64,000 nt of DNA from an uncultured Actinomycetota bacterium (GTDB taxonomy: Bacteria > Actinomycetota > Actinomycetes > Mycobacteriales > Pseudonocardiaceae). Below the pieces are notes generated by a model. It ran no database searches. It saw only the letters and a list, made by a program, of their open reading frames with translations, and was not told the DNA's origin. The stretch spans positions 59,084-123,083 of the forward strand of contig CAVXMR010000035.1 in NCBI GenBank assembly GCA_963762765.1. Reading direction: 5' to 3'. The translations under genes and the position numbers were made by a program. Positions within the stretch are counted from its first letter, which is position 1. Every line of letters starts with the position of its first letter. This document shows, in pieces, positions 38,465 through 50,123 of the stretch.

Positions 38465-40278
38465 GCGGGGGTCAGCGCGCGCACGTCCCAGATCCACACG
38501 CCGCCGACGAACTCCGCGGGCTTGCGCAGCAGCAGCTCGACCGTGGTGCGCAGCGCGTCCTGGTTCTGGCGCGGGCCGACCACGAGCACGTCGGCGTTCC
38601 ACTGGCGCAGGTCGGCCAGCGCCTGGTCGCGGTCGGCGTCGGTGACCTGCGCGGCCTGGCCGGTCCGCTCGACCTCGGCGAACAGGTCCGACGTCGGCAG
38701 CGGGACGGCGCCGTAGCGGCCCTGCTTGTCGGTCGCCGAGGTCGGGCCGACGAAGTAACCCTCCGGCATCGGATAGCCGAGCCCCGCGTCGACCTGCCAG
38801 TGCAGCGGCTCCGCCTCACCCGTGCTCGGCAGCGGCACCGGCACGAGCGACCCGCCGGGTGCGACGTAGGAGCGCCAAGTGCCGTCGGCGAAGAACGACG
38901 GGGAGTTCGGACGCTCGTGCGTCACCAGCTCGGTCGGCGCGATCGGCAGCAGCACCGCGACGACAACGCCGATCCAGACCAGGCGCATCGGCACCTGGCG
39001 CTGGGAATCCTCGGTCTGCTCAGCGGCGACCGACCACACCCTGGCGGTCGCGATGGCCAGCAGGCCGCCGACCGCCGGGATGCAGCCCATCGCGAGCCGC
39101 GACTCCAGCAGCGAGTCGAGCAAAGGCAGCTGCCCCAGCCACTTCCACGGGCCGGCGATGCCGGTGTCCTCGTGCGCGTTGGTGAGCTCGACGCCGAGGG
39201 AAAGGATCGCCATGACGAACGTGGTGATCGACAGCGCGCGGGCGACGACATCACGCCACAGCCAGATCGCGAGCACGAAGAACAGCACGATCAGCGGCCA
39301 GCCGAAGAACGCGTTCTCCTCGGTGCGGTTCATCGAAACGTCCGCGGCGGGCTGCGCCTGCCCGGCGATCGACTGCGTCGCGAAACGAGTGAAGGCCGCC
39401 AGGTCGTTGCCCGCCGGGCCGTGCAGCAGCTCGTGGAAGCTCTGCGGGCCGAAGAACTGCCAGTACAGGGGGAAACCCGCGATCAGCAGCGCCACCAGGA
39501 TGCCGAGCGGGACGCCCTTCGCCAGCGGGGCCAGCATGCCGCCGATCTCGGCGCGGCGCGGGATCAGGTACGCGATCACGAAGACCAGGAAGGTCAGCGC
39601 GAAGATCATCAGCGGTTCTTCGCCGAGCAGGATCTGCCAGGCGACGAGCAGGCCGAGCACGATGCCGTTGCGCACCGGCCGCTGGTTCTTCGCGATCTGG
39701 ATGATCTTCAGCGCGATGAACGGCAGCACGAACAACACCACGAAGTTCGGGTGGGCACAGGCATGGGAGATCATCGGCGGGGCGAAGCCGCAGAACGCGC
39801 CACCGATCGCCGCGCCGACGCGGTGGCCGGGCACGAGGTGGCGGGAGAACACCCAGTACCACGCCGTCGCGGTGCCGGACAGGCCCGCGGTGAGCACGAT
39901 CGCCCAGGTCAGCGTCGGGCCGAAGGTCAGCGTGATCGGGGCGAGCGGGATGTTCAGGCCGAACATCGCCGCGTTGGCGGCCATGTTCACCCCGGCCGGG
40001 AAGTTCTGCAGGTTCGTGGTGAACGGGTTCTGGAAGTGCAGCAGCGACTTCGCGACGACGCTGGAGTACCACTCCCACTGACTCTGGTCGGAGGCGCCGT
40101 TCCAGAGGTAGCCGCGCTTGAGGTCGAACCAGAGGCCGTTGTAGAGCAGGATCGCGAAGAGCAGGAACCCGCCCAGGATCGCCCAGTCCTGCCACGCCCA
40201 GCGCAGCACGCGCGCAGGAGCTTCCTCCTCCGGAGCGGGCGGGACGATGTCTGGCACGGCATCGGAGATCAAGCTCAC
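38461..40278 (-). CDS. Multi-pass membrane protein, putative GT-C glycosyltransferase
   Basis: DQSQWEW, NFPAGVN, many TMs; GTGA overlap with serpin. Confidence 0.7.
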   Translation of the reverse strand: MSLISDAVPDIVPPAPEEEAPARVLRWAWQDWAILGGFLLFAILLYNGLWFDLKRGYLWNGASDQSQWEWYSSVVAKSLLHFQNPFTTNLQNFPAGVNMAANAAMFGLNIPLAPITLTFGPTLTWAIVLTAGLSGTATAWYWVFSRHLVPGHRVGAAIGGAFCGFAPPMISHACAHPNFVVLFVLPFIALKIIQIAKNQRPVRNGIVLGLLVAWQILLGEEPLMIFALTFLVFVIAYLIPRRAEIGGMLAPLAKGVPLGILVALLIAGFPLYWQFFGPQSFHELLHGPAGNDLAAFTRFATQSIAGQAQPAADVSMNRTEENAFFGWPLIVLFFVLAIWLWRDVVARALSITTFVMAILSLGVELTNAHEDTGIAGPWKWLGQLPLLDSLLESRLAMGCIPAVGGLLAIATARVWSVAAEQTEDSQRQVPMRLVWIGVVVAVLLPIAPTELVTHERPNSPSFFADGTWRSYVAPGGSLVPVPLPSTGEAEPLHWQVDAGLGYPMPEGYFVGPTSATDKQGRYGAVPLPTSDLFAEVERTGQAAQVTDADRDQALADLRQWNADVLVVGPRQNQDALRTTVELLLRKPAEFVGGVWIWDVRALTPA

Positions 40279-41369
40279 GGTTCGACCACCCTGGCGAAGA
40301 AGTAGAGGGCACCGGAGGCCGGGTGCCGGATCAGCAGGAGGAAGGGGCGGTCCACCTCGACGGTGACCGGTTCGGCGATCGACGCGGCCATCAGCGCGAA
40401 GGACATCGCCGTGGCGGCGGCACCTTCGAGGCCGTTTTCGTCGAGCTTGAGGACGGCCTGGTGCAGCACGTCCTGGACGTACAGGCGCGGGTCGGGCGAG
40501 ATCCCGCCGAGGTCGGCGTCGCCGGTGAACAGCCGCCGCACGCCCAGGTCCCGGAGCAACGCTTTGAGCGGGCTGTGGACGTCCAGCGTCACTTTCGGCA
40601 TCGTCAGGCGGACCTGCGCGAAATGGATCTCGTCGAGCAGCGCGGCCAGCCCGGCCGCGTCGAGCCGGGCTTCGGCCTGACCGAGGTCGCGGGCGGCGTC
40701 GGGCAGCAGGATCGTCGCGCACACCCCGCCCGCCGCGCCGAGCTGGACGACCTGCCAGCCGTCGTGGCGCGCGTAGCCCATCCGCTCCTGCTGGCGCATG
40801 GCCGGGACCTTGCGCTTGCCGGTGGGCGCTTTGAACCAGAGGTCGGTGTTGTCGTGCCCGGGGAACGGGTGGTTCCAGGAGGCCTTGAGGTAGAGGGCGT
40901 TGACCAGCGCGGCGACGGTGTCCTTGTCGACGGAGCCGGGCGGCAGCAGCTCGGGGATCAGGCCGTGGGTGGCCTCGTCGACGTCGGCGTTGATCAAGGC
41001 GCGCGCGGCCTCGGGGTCGTCGTGGAAGGGCGCGCTCTCGATGTTCGCGCCGGGCCAGCCCGCGAGCTCGGTCTTGAACGAGTCCTCGAGTGGCAGCTCG
41101 TCCCAGGCCCAGAGCGTGTTCGACACGCCGATCTCGGGCGGCTCGGCGCCGGTGGCCGCGGGCAGCTCGGCGGCACTCTTCAGCAGGTCGGCCTGATCTT
41201 CGCCGAGCAGGGCGCGAAGCTCGTCGGCCGTCTCGCCACGGGCCGCGCGCAGGCCCAGAGTCAACGCGCTGGCGACCGAGTACGGGGAGAAACAGGAGTC
41301 CCCGCCACCGGCTCCGACGCCCTGATGCAACGCGAGGGCGAACCGGAGGTGGCTGTCCGTGGCGGCCAT
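40275..41369 (-). CDS. Serpin
   Basis: FSPYSV, LVNALYLKASW, DENGLEGAAATA hinge, DRPFLLLI. Confidence 0.93.
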   Translation of the reverse strand: MAATDSHLRFALALHQGVGAGGGDSCFSPYSVASALTLGLRAARGETADELRALLGEDQADLLKSAAELPAATGAEPPEIGVSNTLWAWDELPLEDSFKTELAGWPGANIESAPFHDDPEAARALINADVDEATHGLIPELLPPGSVDKDTVAALVNALYLKASWNHPFPGHDNTDLWFKAPTGKRKVPAMRQQERMGYARHDGWQVVQLGAAGGVCATILLPDAARDLGQAEARLDAAGLAALLDEIHFAQVRLTMPKVTLDVHSPLKALLRDLGVRRLFTGDADLGGISPDPRLYVQDVLHQAVLKLDENGLEGAAATAMSFALMAASIAEPVTVEVDRPFLLLIRHPASGALYFFARVVEP

Positions 41370-41466
41370 GGGGCGACCTTACCGGACCGGGTGACCCCGC
41401 CCGATACCGCGCAACCTGGTGACAAAACGCGCGTTCGCACCACGAACCACCTGCACAACTGGTCCC

Positions 41467-42738
41467 TCAGGGGTGGCGGGTGACGTGCCAGGAGTGCCAG
41501 GCGTGGGCCTGCAGGTCGGTCAGCGAGGCCACCTGGTCGACCACCACGCGCAACCGCGCCGCGTCGTCGGGCGCCGCCTTCCACGCGGGCACGAACAGCG
41601 GATCCAGCGACTCCGGCGCGCGCAGCGCCAGCGCGTGGACGAGTTCAGCGACGAGCTCGCGCTGGCCGTCCTGCATGGCCAGGCGGCGGCGATCGCTCAT
41701 CACGTACCGCAGCGCCAGCGCCTTGAGCAGCGCGACCTCGGCCGCGACCTGCTCCGGCACCGCCAGTTCGGCTTCGTACCGGTTCAGCGGGCCTTCGCCG
41801 TACTTCTCGCGCGTGCCGGTCACCGCCGCCGTCGCGAACCGGCCGACCAGCTCGCTCGTCAGCCGTTTCAACGCGACCTGGGCGCCGGGTGAGCCGTCGG
41901 GCAGGCCGCCGACCAGCGAAGCCACCACCGGCAACGCGAGCAGCTCGGCCGCGGCATCCTCCAAAGTGGACACCGACTGCTTCGAGAAGTGCTTGGCCGC
42001 GGCCTCCGCTACGGCCGCGCGCTCGTCCGGATGCGCCAGCACCCGCAGCTTGATCCGGCCCGCCAGCACGCCGTCCTCGACGTCGTGGACCGAGTACGCG
42101 ACATCGTCGGACCAGTCCATGACCTGCGCTTCGAGGCAGGTCTGCCGGTCCGGCGCGCCCTCGCGGATCCACGCGAAGACCTCGGCGTCGTCGGCGTACA
42201 CGCTGTACTTGGCCAGCCCCGGCTGCCGGACCCACGGGTACTTGGTCGTCGCGTCGAGGCAGGCGCGGGTCAGGTTGAGCCCGGCCGTCACGCCGTCCTC
42301 GGACAGCAGTTTCGGCTCGAGCCGGGTGAGGATCCGCAACGTCTGCGCGTTGCCCTCGAACCCGCCGCAGGGCTGGGCCACCTCGTCCAGCGCGCGCTCG
42401 CCGTTGTGCCCGAACGGCGGGTGCCCGATGTCGTGCGCCAGGCCCGCGGTGTCCACCAGGTCGGGGTCCGCGCCCAGCTCCTCGGCGATCCCGCGGCCGA
42501 TCTGCGCGACCTCCAGCGAGTGCGTCAGCCGGGTGCGCGGCACGCCGCTGACCTCGGCGCCTTCGCCCGGCCCGACCACCTGGGTCTTGCCGGCCAGGCG
42601 CCGCAGCGCGGCCGAGTGCAGCACGCGGGCGCGGTCACGGGAGAACGCGCTGCGTCCGTCGGCGCGCGCTCCCGACAGCGCCGCGCCCTTGGGTCTCTCG
42701 GGCAGCAGGCGGGCGATGTCGTGTTCGGTGTAGCTCAC
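41467..42738 (-). CDS. dgt: dGTP triphosphohydrolase
   Basis: [35 protein letters not shown]. Confidence 0.95.
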   Translation of the reverse strand: MSYTEHDIARLLPERPKGAALSGARADGRSAFSRDRARVLHSAALRRLAGKTQVVGPGEGAEVSGVPRTRLTHSLEVAQIGRGIAEELGADPDLVDTAGLAHDIGHPPFGHNGERALDEVAQPCGGFEGNAQTLRILTRLEPKLLSEDGVTAGLNLTRACLDATTKYPWVRQPGLAKYSVYADDAEVFAWIREGAPDRQTCLEAQVMDWSDDVAYSVHDVEDGVLAGRIKLRVLAHPDERAAVAEAAAKHFSKQSVSTLEDAAAELLALPVVASLVGGLPDGSPGAQVALKRLTSELVGRFATAAVTGTREKYGEGPLNRYEAELAVPEQVAAEVALLKALALRYVMSDRRRLAMQDGQRELVAELVHALALRAPESLDPLFVPAWKAAPDDAARLRVVVDQVASLTDLQAHAWHSWHVTRHP

Positions 42739-42772
42739 CCGGCCAGCTTAAGCGCGCCCACCGACAAACTCC

Positions 42773-43423
42773 TCAGAAGACGGAGTCGAAGAAGTCGTCC
42801 GCCGGGGTCCTGGTCAGGCGGTAGTAGAGCAGGGCGCCGGTCTCGCGGACGATGTAGCGGATCTGCGTGACGCGCTCCTGGACGACCGGCCCGCTGTGCG
42901 TGGGCGCGGTCCAGGCGTCCAGGCCCAGGTCGTCGGCCATCGTCCGGGCCCGGAAGGAGTGCCACGGGTCACTCACCAACACCGCCGTACGCCACCCGCG
43001 CGACTGGACCTGCGTGGCGACCGCGCGCAGCGAACGCAGCGTGTCACTGCCTTCGCCGACGGCCAGGGTCGCCGACGCCGGCACGCCGTGGCGGATCAGC
43101 CACAGCTCTCCGGCCTGGGCCTCGGTGAAGTTGTCCGCGGCCTTCTTGCCGCCCGCGGTGACGATCGTCTTCGCGACTCCGGCGTCGTAGAGCTGCTTCG
43201 CCTTGAGAAGCCGCGCCGAGAAGATCTCCGACGGCTTGCCGTTGTACTGCGCCGCGCCGAGGACCACGATCACGTCGGCCTGGCTGCGGTCGTTCTCGCG
43301 AGCCACCTGCCACACGCGGAACGCCGTGCCGCCCACCAGTGCGACGAGCATCAGGGCGGTGCCGAACAGGATCCGGCGCACCCAGCTCGCGCGTGTCGGC
43401 CTGGTTCGCTCGGCGGTACCCAC
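42773..43423 (-). CDS. YdcF/DUF218 family protein
   Basis: TM, VVLGAAQY, TEA, VSDPWHSFRA. Confidence 0.85.
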   Translation of the reverse strand: MGTAERTRPTRASWVRRILFGTALMLVALVGGTAFRVWQVARENDRSQADVIVVLGAAQYNGKPSEIFSARLLKAKQLYDAGVAKTIVTAGGKKAADNFTEAQAGELWLIRHGVPASATLAVGEGSDTLRSLRAVATQVQSRGWRTAVLVSDPWHSFRARTMADDLGLDAWTAPTHSGPVVQERVTQIRYIVRETGALLYYRLTRTPADDFFDSVF

Positions 43424-43454
43424 CCGGCCAGTTTGACAGAAGTGGCCGGACCGC

Positions 43455-44060
43455 TCACAGCCAGCCGCGTTCCTCGGAGAGTCGCACCGCCTCGGCACGG
43501 GTCCGGGCACCGGTTTTCCCGATGGCGGCGGACAAATGGTTCCGCACCGTGCCCTCGGAAAGGTGAAGCGCCTTCGCGATGTCCGCCACCGTGCTGCCGT
43601 CCTTGGCCGCACGCAGGACGTCGTGTTCGCGCCCGGTCAGCGGGCTCGCGCCGGTGGCGAGCGACTCGGCGGCCAGCGCCGGATCCACCACCCTTAGTCC
43701 ACTGTGGACTCGGCGGACGGCCTCGACGAGCTGCTCCGGCGGCGCGTCCTTGACCACGAACCCGGCCGCACCGGCGGCCATCGCCCTGGCCAGGTAACCC
43801 GGCCTGCCGAACGTCGTGCAGATGATCACCCGGCAGGACGGCAGCGCCGCGCGCAGCTCACCCGCGGCTTCGAGGCCGTCCTTGCCCGGCATCTGGACGT
43901 CCAGCAGCGCGACGTCCGGTTTCGCCTCGCGCGCGGCAGCGACTACCTCGTCGCCGGAGCCGACCTGCGCGACCACCTCGATGTCGGATTCGAGGCCCAG
44001 CACGGTGGCCAGCGCCCCGCGGACCATCGCCTGGTCGTCGGCCAGCAGTACCCGGATCAA
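43455..44060 (-). CDS. NarL/DesR-like response regulator
   Basis: LADDQ, LDVQMPG, LSEGTVRNHLS. Confidence 0.93.
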   Translation of the reverse strand: MIRVLLADDQAMVRGALATVLGLESDIEVVAQVGSGDEVVAAAREAKPDVALLDVQMPGKDGLEAAGELRAALPSCRVIICTTFGRPGYLARAMAAGAAGFVVKDAPPEQLVEAVRRVHSGLRVVDPALAAESLATGASPLTGREHDVLRAAKDGSTVADIAKALHLSEGTVRNHLSAAIGKTGARTRAEAVRLSEERGWL

Positions 44061-45265
44061 GCCAGTCCTCCCGCGGGTTCGGCGCGCACGGCCGGAACGA
44101 CCTTCGCTTCGGGCTCCGGGACCTCCGCCCGGACGAGCAATCCTCCCCCAGGACGCACCGAGGTGCTCAACGTGCCCTCGATCGCGTCCAGCCGTTCCTG
44201 CAGACCCCGCAACCCGTTGCCCCGCTGGACATTCGCGGCCTTGCCGTCGTCCTCGATCTCCAGCCAGTTGCGGCCGAGCTTCACCTTCACGTGCGAAGCA
44301 CCGGAGTGGCGAAGCACGTTCGTGATCGCTTCGCGCAGGACGTACCCGAAGGTGTTCTGGAACTCCGGCGCGACGTTGTCGACCGCGTGCGGCAGGTCGG
44401 CGTCCATCTCCGCGGCGCGCAACGCCGCCCGCGCGCCGACGATCTCGGCGGACAGCGACACTTCGCGGTACTCCGACACCGTGGCGCGGACGTCGGAGAG
44501 CGCACTGCGGGTCAGGCCTTCGACCTCACGGATCTCTTCGACCGCACGCGGGATGTCGCCCGAGCTCTCCAGCACCCGCCGGGCCAGCCCCGCCTTGACG
44601 GTGATCGTGGTGAGGCTGTGCCCGAGCAGGTCGTGCAGGTCCCGGGCGACGCGCTCGCGCTCGCTGGTCACCGCGAGGACCGCGATCTCGGTGTTGGCAC
44701 GCTCGAGCCGGCGGATCGCGCGGACCAGGTTGGCCATGAAGAACATCGCCAGCGTCACCGACGCGACCGAGATCAGATCACCGACGCTGTCCCCGAGGCG
44801 GCCCCAGAGGGACAGCAGCCCGATCGCGATCAGCAGCGTGGCGCCGTCCAGGATCACAGACCAGGCAGCGGGCAGCATGAACGCCAGGGTCGCGGTGCCG
44901 TAGAGCAGGACGAACGGGCTGGCCTGGGTCACCGTGATCACCCCGAGCCCCATCACCAGCATCGACACCCCGAAGGCCAGCTTCACCGGCCGCGGGCGGT
45001 TGAACACGACCGGGAAGATCGCGTAACACAGCGCGTACCCGTAGACGAGCAGCATGAGCAGAACCAGCTGGACGGTCACCGTCTTCTCCGCGAGCAGGCT
45101 CTGCGTCACCGGGTAGAGGAAGGGCAGCAGGAACACGATCGAGAGGAGCGCCCAGCGCAGCCCATGGGGGCCGGCTTTGCCCTCCGGATCGGGGAGCGGG
45201 TCTTCCCACCACGTCATCCGCTTGTTCAGCCCGTACCGGAATCCGCCATCGTCTGGCCTGCTCAT
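44057..45265 (-). CDS. DesK-like histidine kinase (start uncertain)
   Basis: TMs, ERERVARDLHDLLGH, REAITNVLRHS. Confidence 0.92.
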   Translation of the reverse strand: MSRPDDGGFRYGLNKRMTWWEDPLPDPEGKAGPHGLRWALLSIVFLLPFLYPVTQSLLAEKTVTVQLVLLMLLVYGYALCYAIFPVVFNRPRPVKLAFGVSMLVMGLGVITVTQASPFVLLYGTATLAFMLPAAWSVILDGATLLIAIGLLSLWGRLGDSVGDLISVASVTLAMFFMANLVRAIRRLERANTEIAVLAVTSERERVARDLHDLLGHSLTTITVKAGLARRVLESSGDIPRAVEEIREVEGLTRSALSDVRATVSEYREVSLSAEIVGARAALRAAEMDADLPHAVDNVAPEFQNTFGYVLREAITNVLRHSGASHVKVKLGRNWLEIEDDGKAANVQRGNGLRGLQERLDAIEGTLSTSVRPGGGLLVRAEVPEPEAKVVPAVRAEPAGGLA

Positions 45266-45290
45266 CCGCACCTTCACCGTCCGGCCCGGC

Positions 45291-46031
45291 TCAAACCCGG
45301 GCACTGTCCTTACGGTAACGCCTGATCACCAGCGCCCCGAGCACCACGGTCCACGCGGCGAGCACGCCGAGCGCGGTCCCGAAGGAGACCACCAGATCGT
45401 GCGTGACTACCGGGCGGACCAGCTGCGTGATCCAATACGTCGGCATGACCTGGGCGAGCTGGTGCATCCAGTCCGGCATGCCTTCCAGGGGGATCCAGAT
45501 CCCGCCGAGCATGCTCATGCCCATCATGACCAGCATTCCGATCGGCTGCATCGACTCGGGCGTACCGAACTGGCCGATCAGCAGGCCGAGCAGCACCAGG
45601 GGGATGGTGCCGAGCCAGATGCCGGCGATGATCCGCATCCACCCTGCCGGGTCGAGGTGCACGCCTTCGAAGAACACGGCGATGAGCGGCACCAGGATCA
45701 GCGCGGGCAGCCCGACGAGCATGCCGGAGATGGCCTTGCCGCCCAGGTAGCCTGCGCCGGTCAGCGGGGTGAGCCGAAGCTGGCGCTGCCAGCCGGCGGC
45801 CCGCTCCACGGCGAGCCGGGTCCCGCTGGTGTTGGCCGCGGCAAAGGTGCCGAAGGTCATCATGTTGATCATGAGTACGGCGGCGACCTGGGCGTGATCC
45901 GGAGCCGAGGTCTTGGTGAAAACGTTGGCATACAACAGGAACATCAGCACCGGAAAGGCGACGACGAAGATCACGAACCGCGGGTTGCGGAAGTTGCGCC
46001 GGATCTCGGTGGACAGGTAGGCGAGCTTCAT
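45291..46031 (-). CDS. ABC-2 permease
   Basis: ERAAGWQRQLRLTPL; six TMs. Confidence 0.9.
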   Translation of the reverse strand: MKLAYLSTEIRRNFRNPRFVIFVVAFPVLMFLLYANVFTKTSAPDHAQVAAVLMINMMTFGTFAAANTSGTRLAVERAAGWQRQLRLTPLTGAGYLGGKAISGMLVGLPALILVPLIAVFFEGVHLDPAGWMRIIAGIWLGTIPLVLLGLLIGQFGTPESMQPIGMLVMMGMSMLGGIWIPLEGMPDWMHQLAQVMPTYWITQLVRPVVTHDLVVSFGTALGVLAAWTVVLGALVIRRYRKDSARV

Positions 46032-46945
46032 CGCGCGGGCTCCTCGTCGGAAGTCAGGGAAAGGAACGCACCTTCAAGGCCGATGGCGCCGATTTCGACG
46101 TCATGAGCGGCCGGGACCGCGTCTCGCAGTGCCCACAGCGTCACGTCGGAGTCGGAACTGGCGATCGCGACCCGGTCGCCACGGAGTTCGAACTCCTTGA
46201 CCTCCGGCAGGGCGGCGATCACGGCCTCGGACGCGCCCGGCACGACGGCGCGGATGGTGCGTCCCCCGGCGAGCGCGCGGACCTCGGCGACGCTGCCGTC
46301 GGCGACGATCCGGCCGCGGCGCATCAGCACCACCCGGTCGGCGAACTCCTCGGCCTCTTCCAGGTAGTGGGTCGCGAACAGGACGGTGCGACCGGACTCG
46401 GTGAACGAGTACATCGCCTGCCAGAACTCACGCCGGGTACCGACGTCCATCGCGGCGGTCGGCTCGTCGAGGATCAGCAGGTCGGGGTCGCTGACCAGCG
46501 CGACGGCGAAACGTACCCGCTGTTTCTGGCCGCCGGACAGCTTGTTCGAGCGGCGGTTCGCCAGGTCCTCGATGCCCGCCTTCGCCAGTGCTTCGGCGAC
46601 CGGCATCGGCTTGCGGTGCAGTGCGGCGACCATCCCGACGGTCTCGCCGACGGTCAGGTCGTCCATCAGCGCGCCGCCCTGCAGCATCGCGCCGATCATC
46701 CCGCCGCGGACGGCGTCGATCGGCTTGCGGCCGAAGACGTGGACCTCGCCCTGGTCGGGGCGGGTGAGCCCGAGGATCATGTCGACGGTGGTGGACTTGC
46801 CGGCGCCGTTGGGGCCGAGCAGGGCGACCACCTCGCCGGGGGCGATGGTCAGGTCGAGGCCGTCGACCGCGTGGACGTCCCCGTAGTGCTTGCGCAAGCC
46901 GGTGAGGTGCACCGCGGCCCCGGCCTGGATGTCGTTGACTGGCAT
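46028..46945 (-). CDS. ABC transporter ATP-binding protein
   Basis: GPNGAGKST, LSGGQ, ILDEPT. Confidence 0.95.
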   Translation of the reverse strand: MPVNDIQAGAAVHLTGLRKHYGDVHAVDGLDLTIAPGEVVALLGPNGAGKSTTVDMILGLTRPDQGEVHVFGRKPIDAVRGGMIGAMLQGGALMDDLTVGETVGMVAALHRKPMPVAEALAKAGIEDLANRRSNKLSGGQKQRVRFAVALVSDPDLLILDEPTAAMDVGTRREFWQAMYSFTESGRTVLFATHYLEEAEEFADRVVLMRRGRIVADGSVAEVRALAGGRTIRAVVPGASEAVIAALPEVKEFELRGDRVAIASSDSDVTLWALRDAVPAAHDVEIGAIGLEGAFLSLTSDEEPAR

Positions 46946-47004
46946 GGCTCAAGGTTCGCGCTTCCGCGCCCTCGGTCCGCAGGCCGAGCGTCACGACCTC
47001 GGGG

Positions 47005-47016
47005 TGACAGGTGTCA
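47005..47016. promoter_or_regulatory. Palindromic operator candidate for the adjacent response regulator
   Basis: TGACAGGTGTCA about 60 nt upstream of the ABC operon. Confidence 0.45.
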
Positions 47017-47037
47017 GGGGTGGCGGTGCGCCAAAAG

Positions 47038-47087
47038 CCGTGAAGGCCCCCTTACCGGCTCTCACAGCTGGCAAGGGGGCCTCACGG
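47038..47087. repeat. Long imperfect hairpin after glycine-tRNA ligase gene
   Basis: CCGTGAAGGCCCCCTTACCGGCT...AGCTGGCAAGGGGGCCTCACGG. Confidence 0.7.
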
Positions 47088-47099
47088 ACTATGGGACTC

Positions 47100-48488
<1,389 letters not shown>

Positions 48489-48579
48489 TCCACGCTCCGG
48501 AAGCATGCGGGGACGGTTATCGGACTAGAACGTCAAGAGTATCCGCCGGGCCCAACCGCATTCCGCGCAGGTGACGTCG

Positions 48580-49203
48580 TCACGGCCGCGAGAGCAGCGA
48601 GGCCGTCACAACGCGGTTGTCCTCGTAGCCCTCCTTGCCGCCGACGTACTCGCCGCCACAGGTGACCAGGACGAGCTTGTGCGGCCCGTCGGGGTCGAAG
48701 AGCTTGTCCGCCTGATCGGCCAGCGCGGACTTGTGCACGGTCACCACGGCGTCGATCCGGTACGTCCAGGCGCCGCCCGCCGCGTCGGTCAGCTTGACCT
48801 CCTGGCCCTGCTTGACCTGCCAGAGCTCCATGAACGGGCCCTTGCCGCCCTTCCAGTTCACGTGCCCGGACAGCAGCGCGACGCCCTTGTCCGCGCCGAG
48901 CTTCGCGCCCCACCAGGCGGCCTCGTCGAGGCCCTGCGGGATCTTCAGCGCGCCGTCGGCGTCGAGGTCCTCCGCGACGAGCTTGGCCGTGCCGCCGCCG
49001 GGGAGCGCGACGGTCTGGGGTGTCTGGCCGGTGTCCTGCTGCTGGACCTGCGTCGCCGTGGCCGTCGGAACGGGCGCCGGGCCCGGGCCGTTCGCGATCG
49101 CAGGTTCATCCTTTCCGGTGACGATCAGCAGGGTCGCGACGAGCGCCGCCACCACGAACGCTCCGGCGATCCCGACGATCCACCAGCCTTTGTTGATTCG
49201 CAT
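48580..49203 (-). CDS. Class F sortase
   Basis: TM anchor, LSGHVN, LVLVTCGG, NRVV. Confidence 0.9.
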   Translation of the reverse strand: MRINKGWWIVGIAGAFVVAALVATLLIVTGKDEPAIANGPGPAPVPTATATQVQQQDTGQTPQTVALPGGGTAKLVAEDLDADGALKIPQGLDEAAWWGAKLGADKGVALLSGHVNWKGGKGPFMELWQVKQGQEVKLTDAAGGAWTYRIDAVVTVHKSALADQADKLFDPDGPHKLVLVTCGGEYVGGKEGYEDNRVVTASLLSRP

Positions 49204-49309
49204 GCCCCAGACATGCCGCGAGAGGGCAGCAGGAGGTTGCAGCGAACCGAAGGACGCTTCACTCCGCTGAGCGGCCGGGGCTCCGGAAGCGGGCCGGGTC
49301 ACCCGCCTG

Positions 49310-49362
49310 AACGCACCCAATGTGGCATTGGGTGCGTTGGACGCACCCAATGCCACATTGGG
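49310..49362. repeat. Nested palindrome (CCCAATG family)
   Basis: CCCAATGTGGCATTGGGTGCGT-TGG-ACGCACCCAATGCCACATTGGG. Confidence 0.8.
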
Positions 49363-49481
49363 GGCATCGCACCAACCCGAAATCGGCCCGAATTGGGTTA
49401 TTCGTCCGAAATTGAGCTGGTGACGGACACCGGGTCCAGGTTGGCCTCACCTTTCGGTAGGCCGCCGGCGGCCGGAGCCCT

Positions 49482-50123
49482 TCAGGCCGGGCGAGAGACG
49501 AGGGTCGCGGTGACCAACCGGTTCTGGTCGTAGCCCTCGGTCCCGCCGACGTAGTCGCCGCCGCAGGTGACCAGCACCAGCCGGTGCGGGCCGGCCTGGC
49601 CGAAGTACTGCGCGGCCTGCGTGGGCAGGTCCTCCTTCGGCAGCGTCACGACGCCGGTGACGCGGTAGAGCCACAGGGCGCCGCGCGCGTCGACGACGCT
49701 GACGTCGTCGCCTTCGCGCATCCGCCACAGCTCGTCGAACGGCCCGCGGGTGCCCTCCCAGTTGACGTGCCCGGACAGCAGCGACGCGCCCTGCGCGCCG
49801 AGCTTCGCGCCCCACCAGGCCGCGTCGCCGAGGCCGCGGGGGATCGGCAGGACGCCGTCGCTGGTCACCTCGGTGCGGACCAGCCGCGCGGTCGAGCCGT
49901 CGGGGAGCCGGACCGTTCCGGGCCGCTGCACCCCGCGCGCGGCGTTGTCGCCCGGGAGCACCAGCGGGGCCGAGTTCTCCCCCGGCATCGTGCCGGGGGC
50001 GGGCGCCGCGACCGCTGCGGACGGCGAGGCGGGCAGCCAGGTCAGCACGACCACCCCGGCCGCGAACGCGGCCACGGCCAGCGCCGCCGAAACCGCGGCC
50101 AGGGCCGTCCGCAGCACGCTCAA
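49482..50123 (-). CDS. Class F sortase
   Basis: LSGHVN, LVLVTCGG, NRLV; close paralogue of the 48580 gene. Confidence 0.9.
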   Translation of the reverse strand: MSVLRTALAAVSAALAVAAFAAGVVVLTWLPASPSAAVAAPAPGTMPGENSAPLVLPGDNAARGVQRPGTVRLPDGSTARLVRTEVTSDGVLPIPRGLGDAAWWGAKLGAQGASLLSGHVNWEGTRGPFDELWRMREGDDVSVVDARGALWLYRVTGVVTLPKEDLPTQAAQYFGQAGPHRLVLVTCGGDYVGGTEGYDQNRLVTATLVSRPA

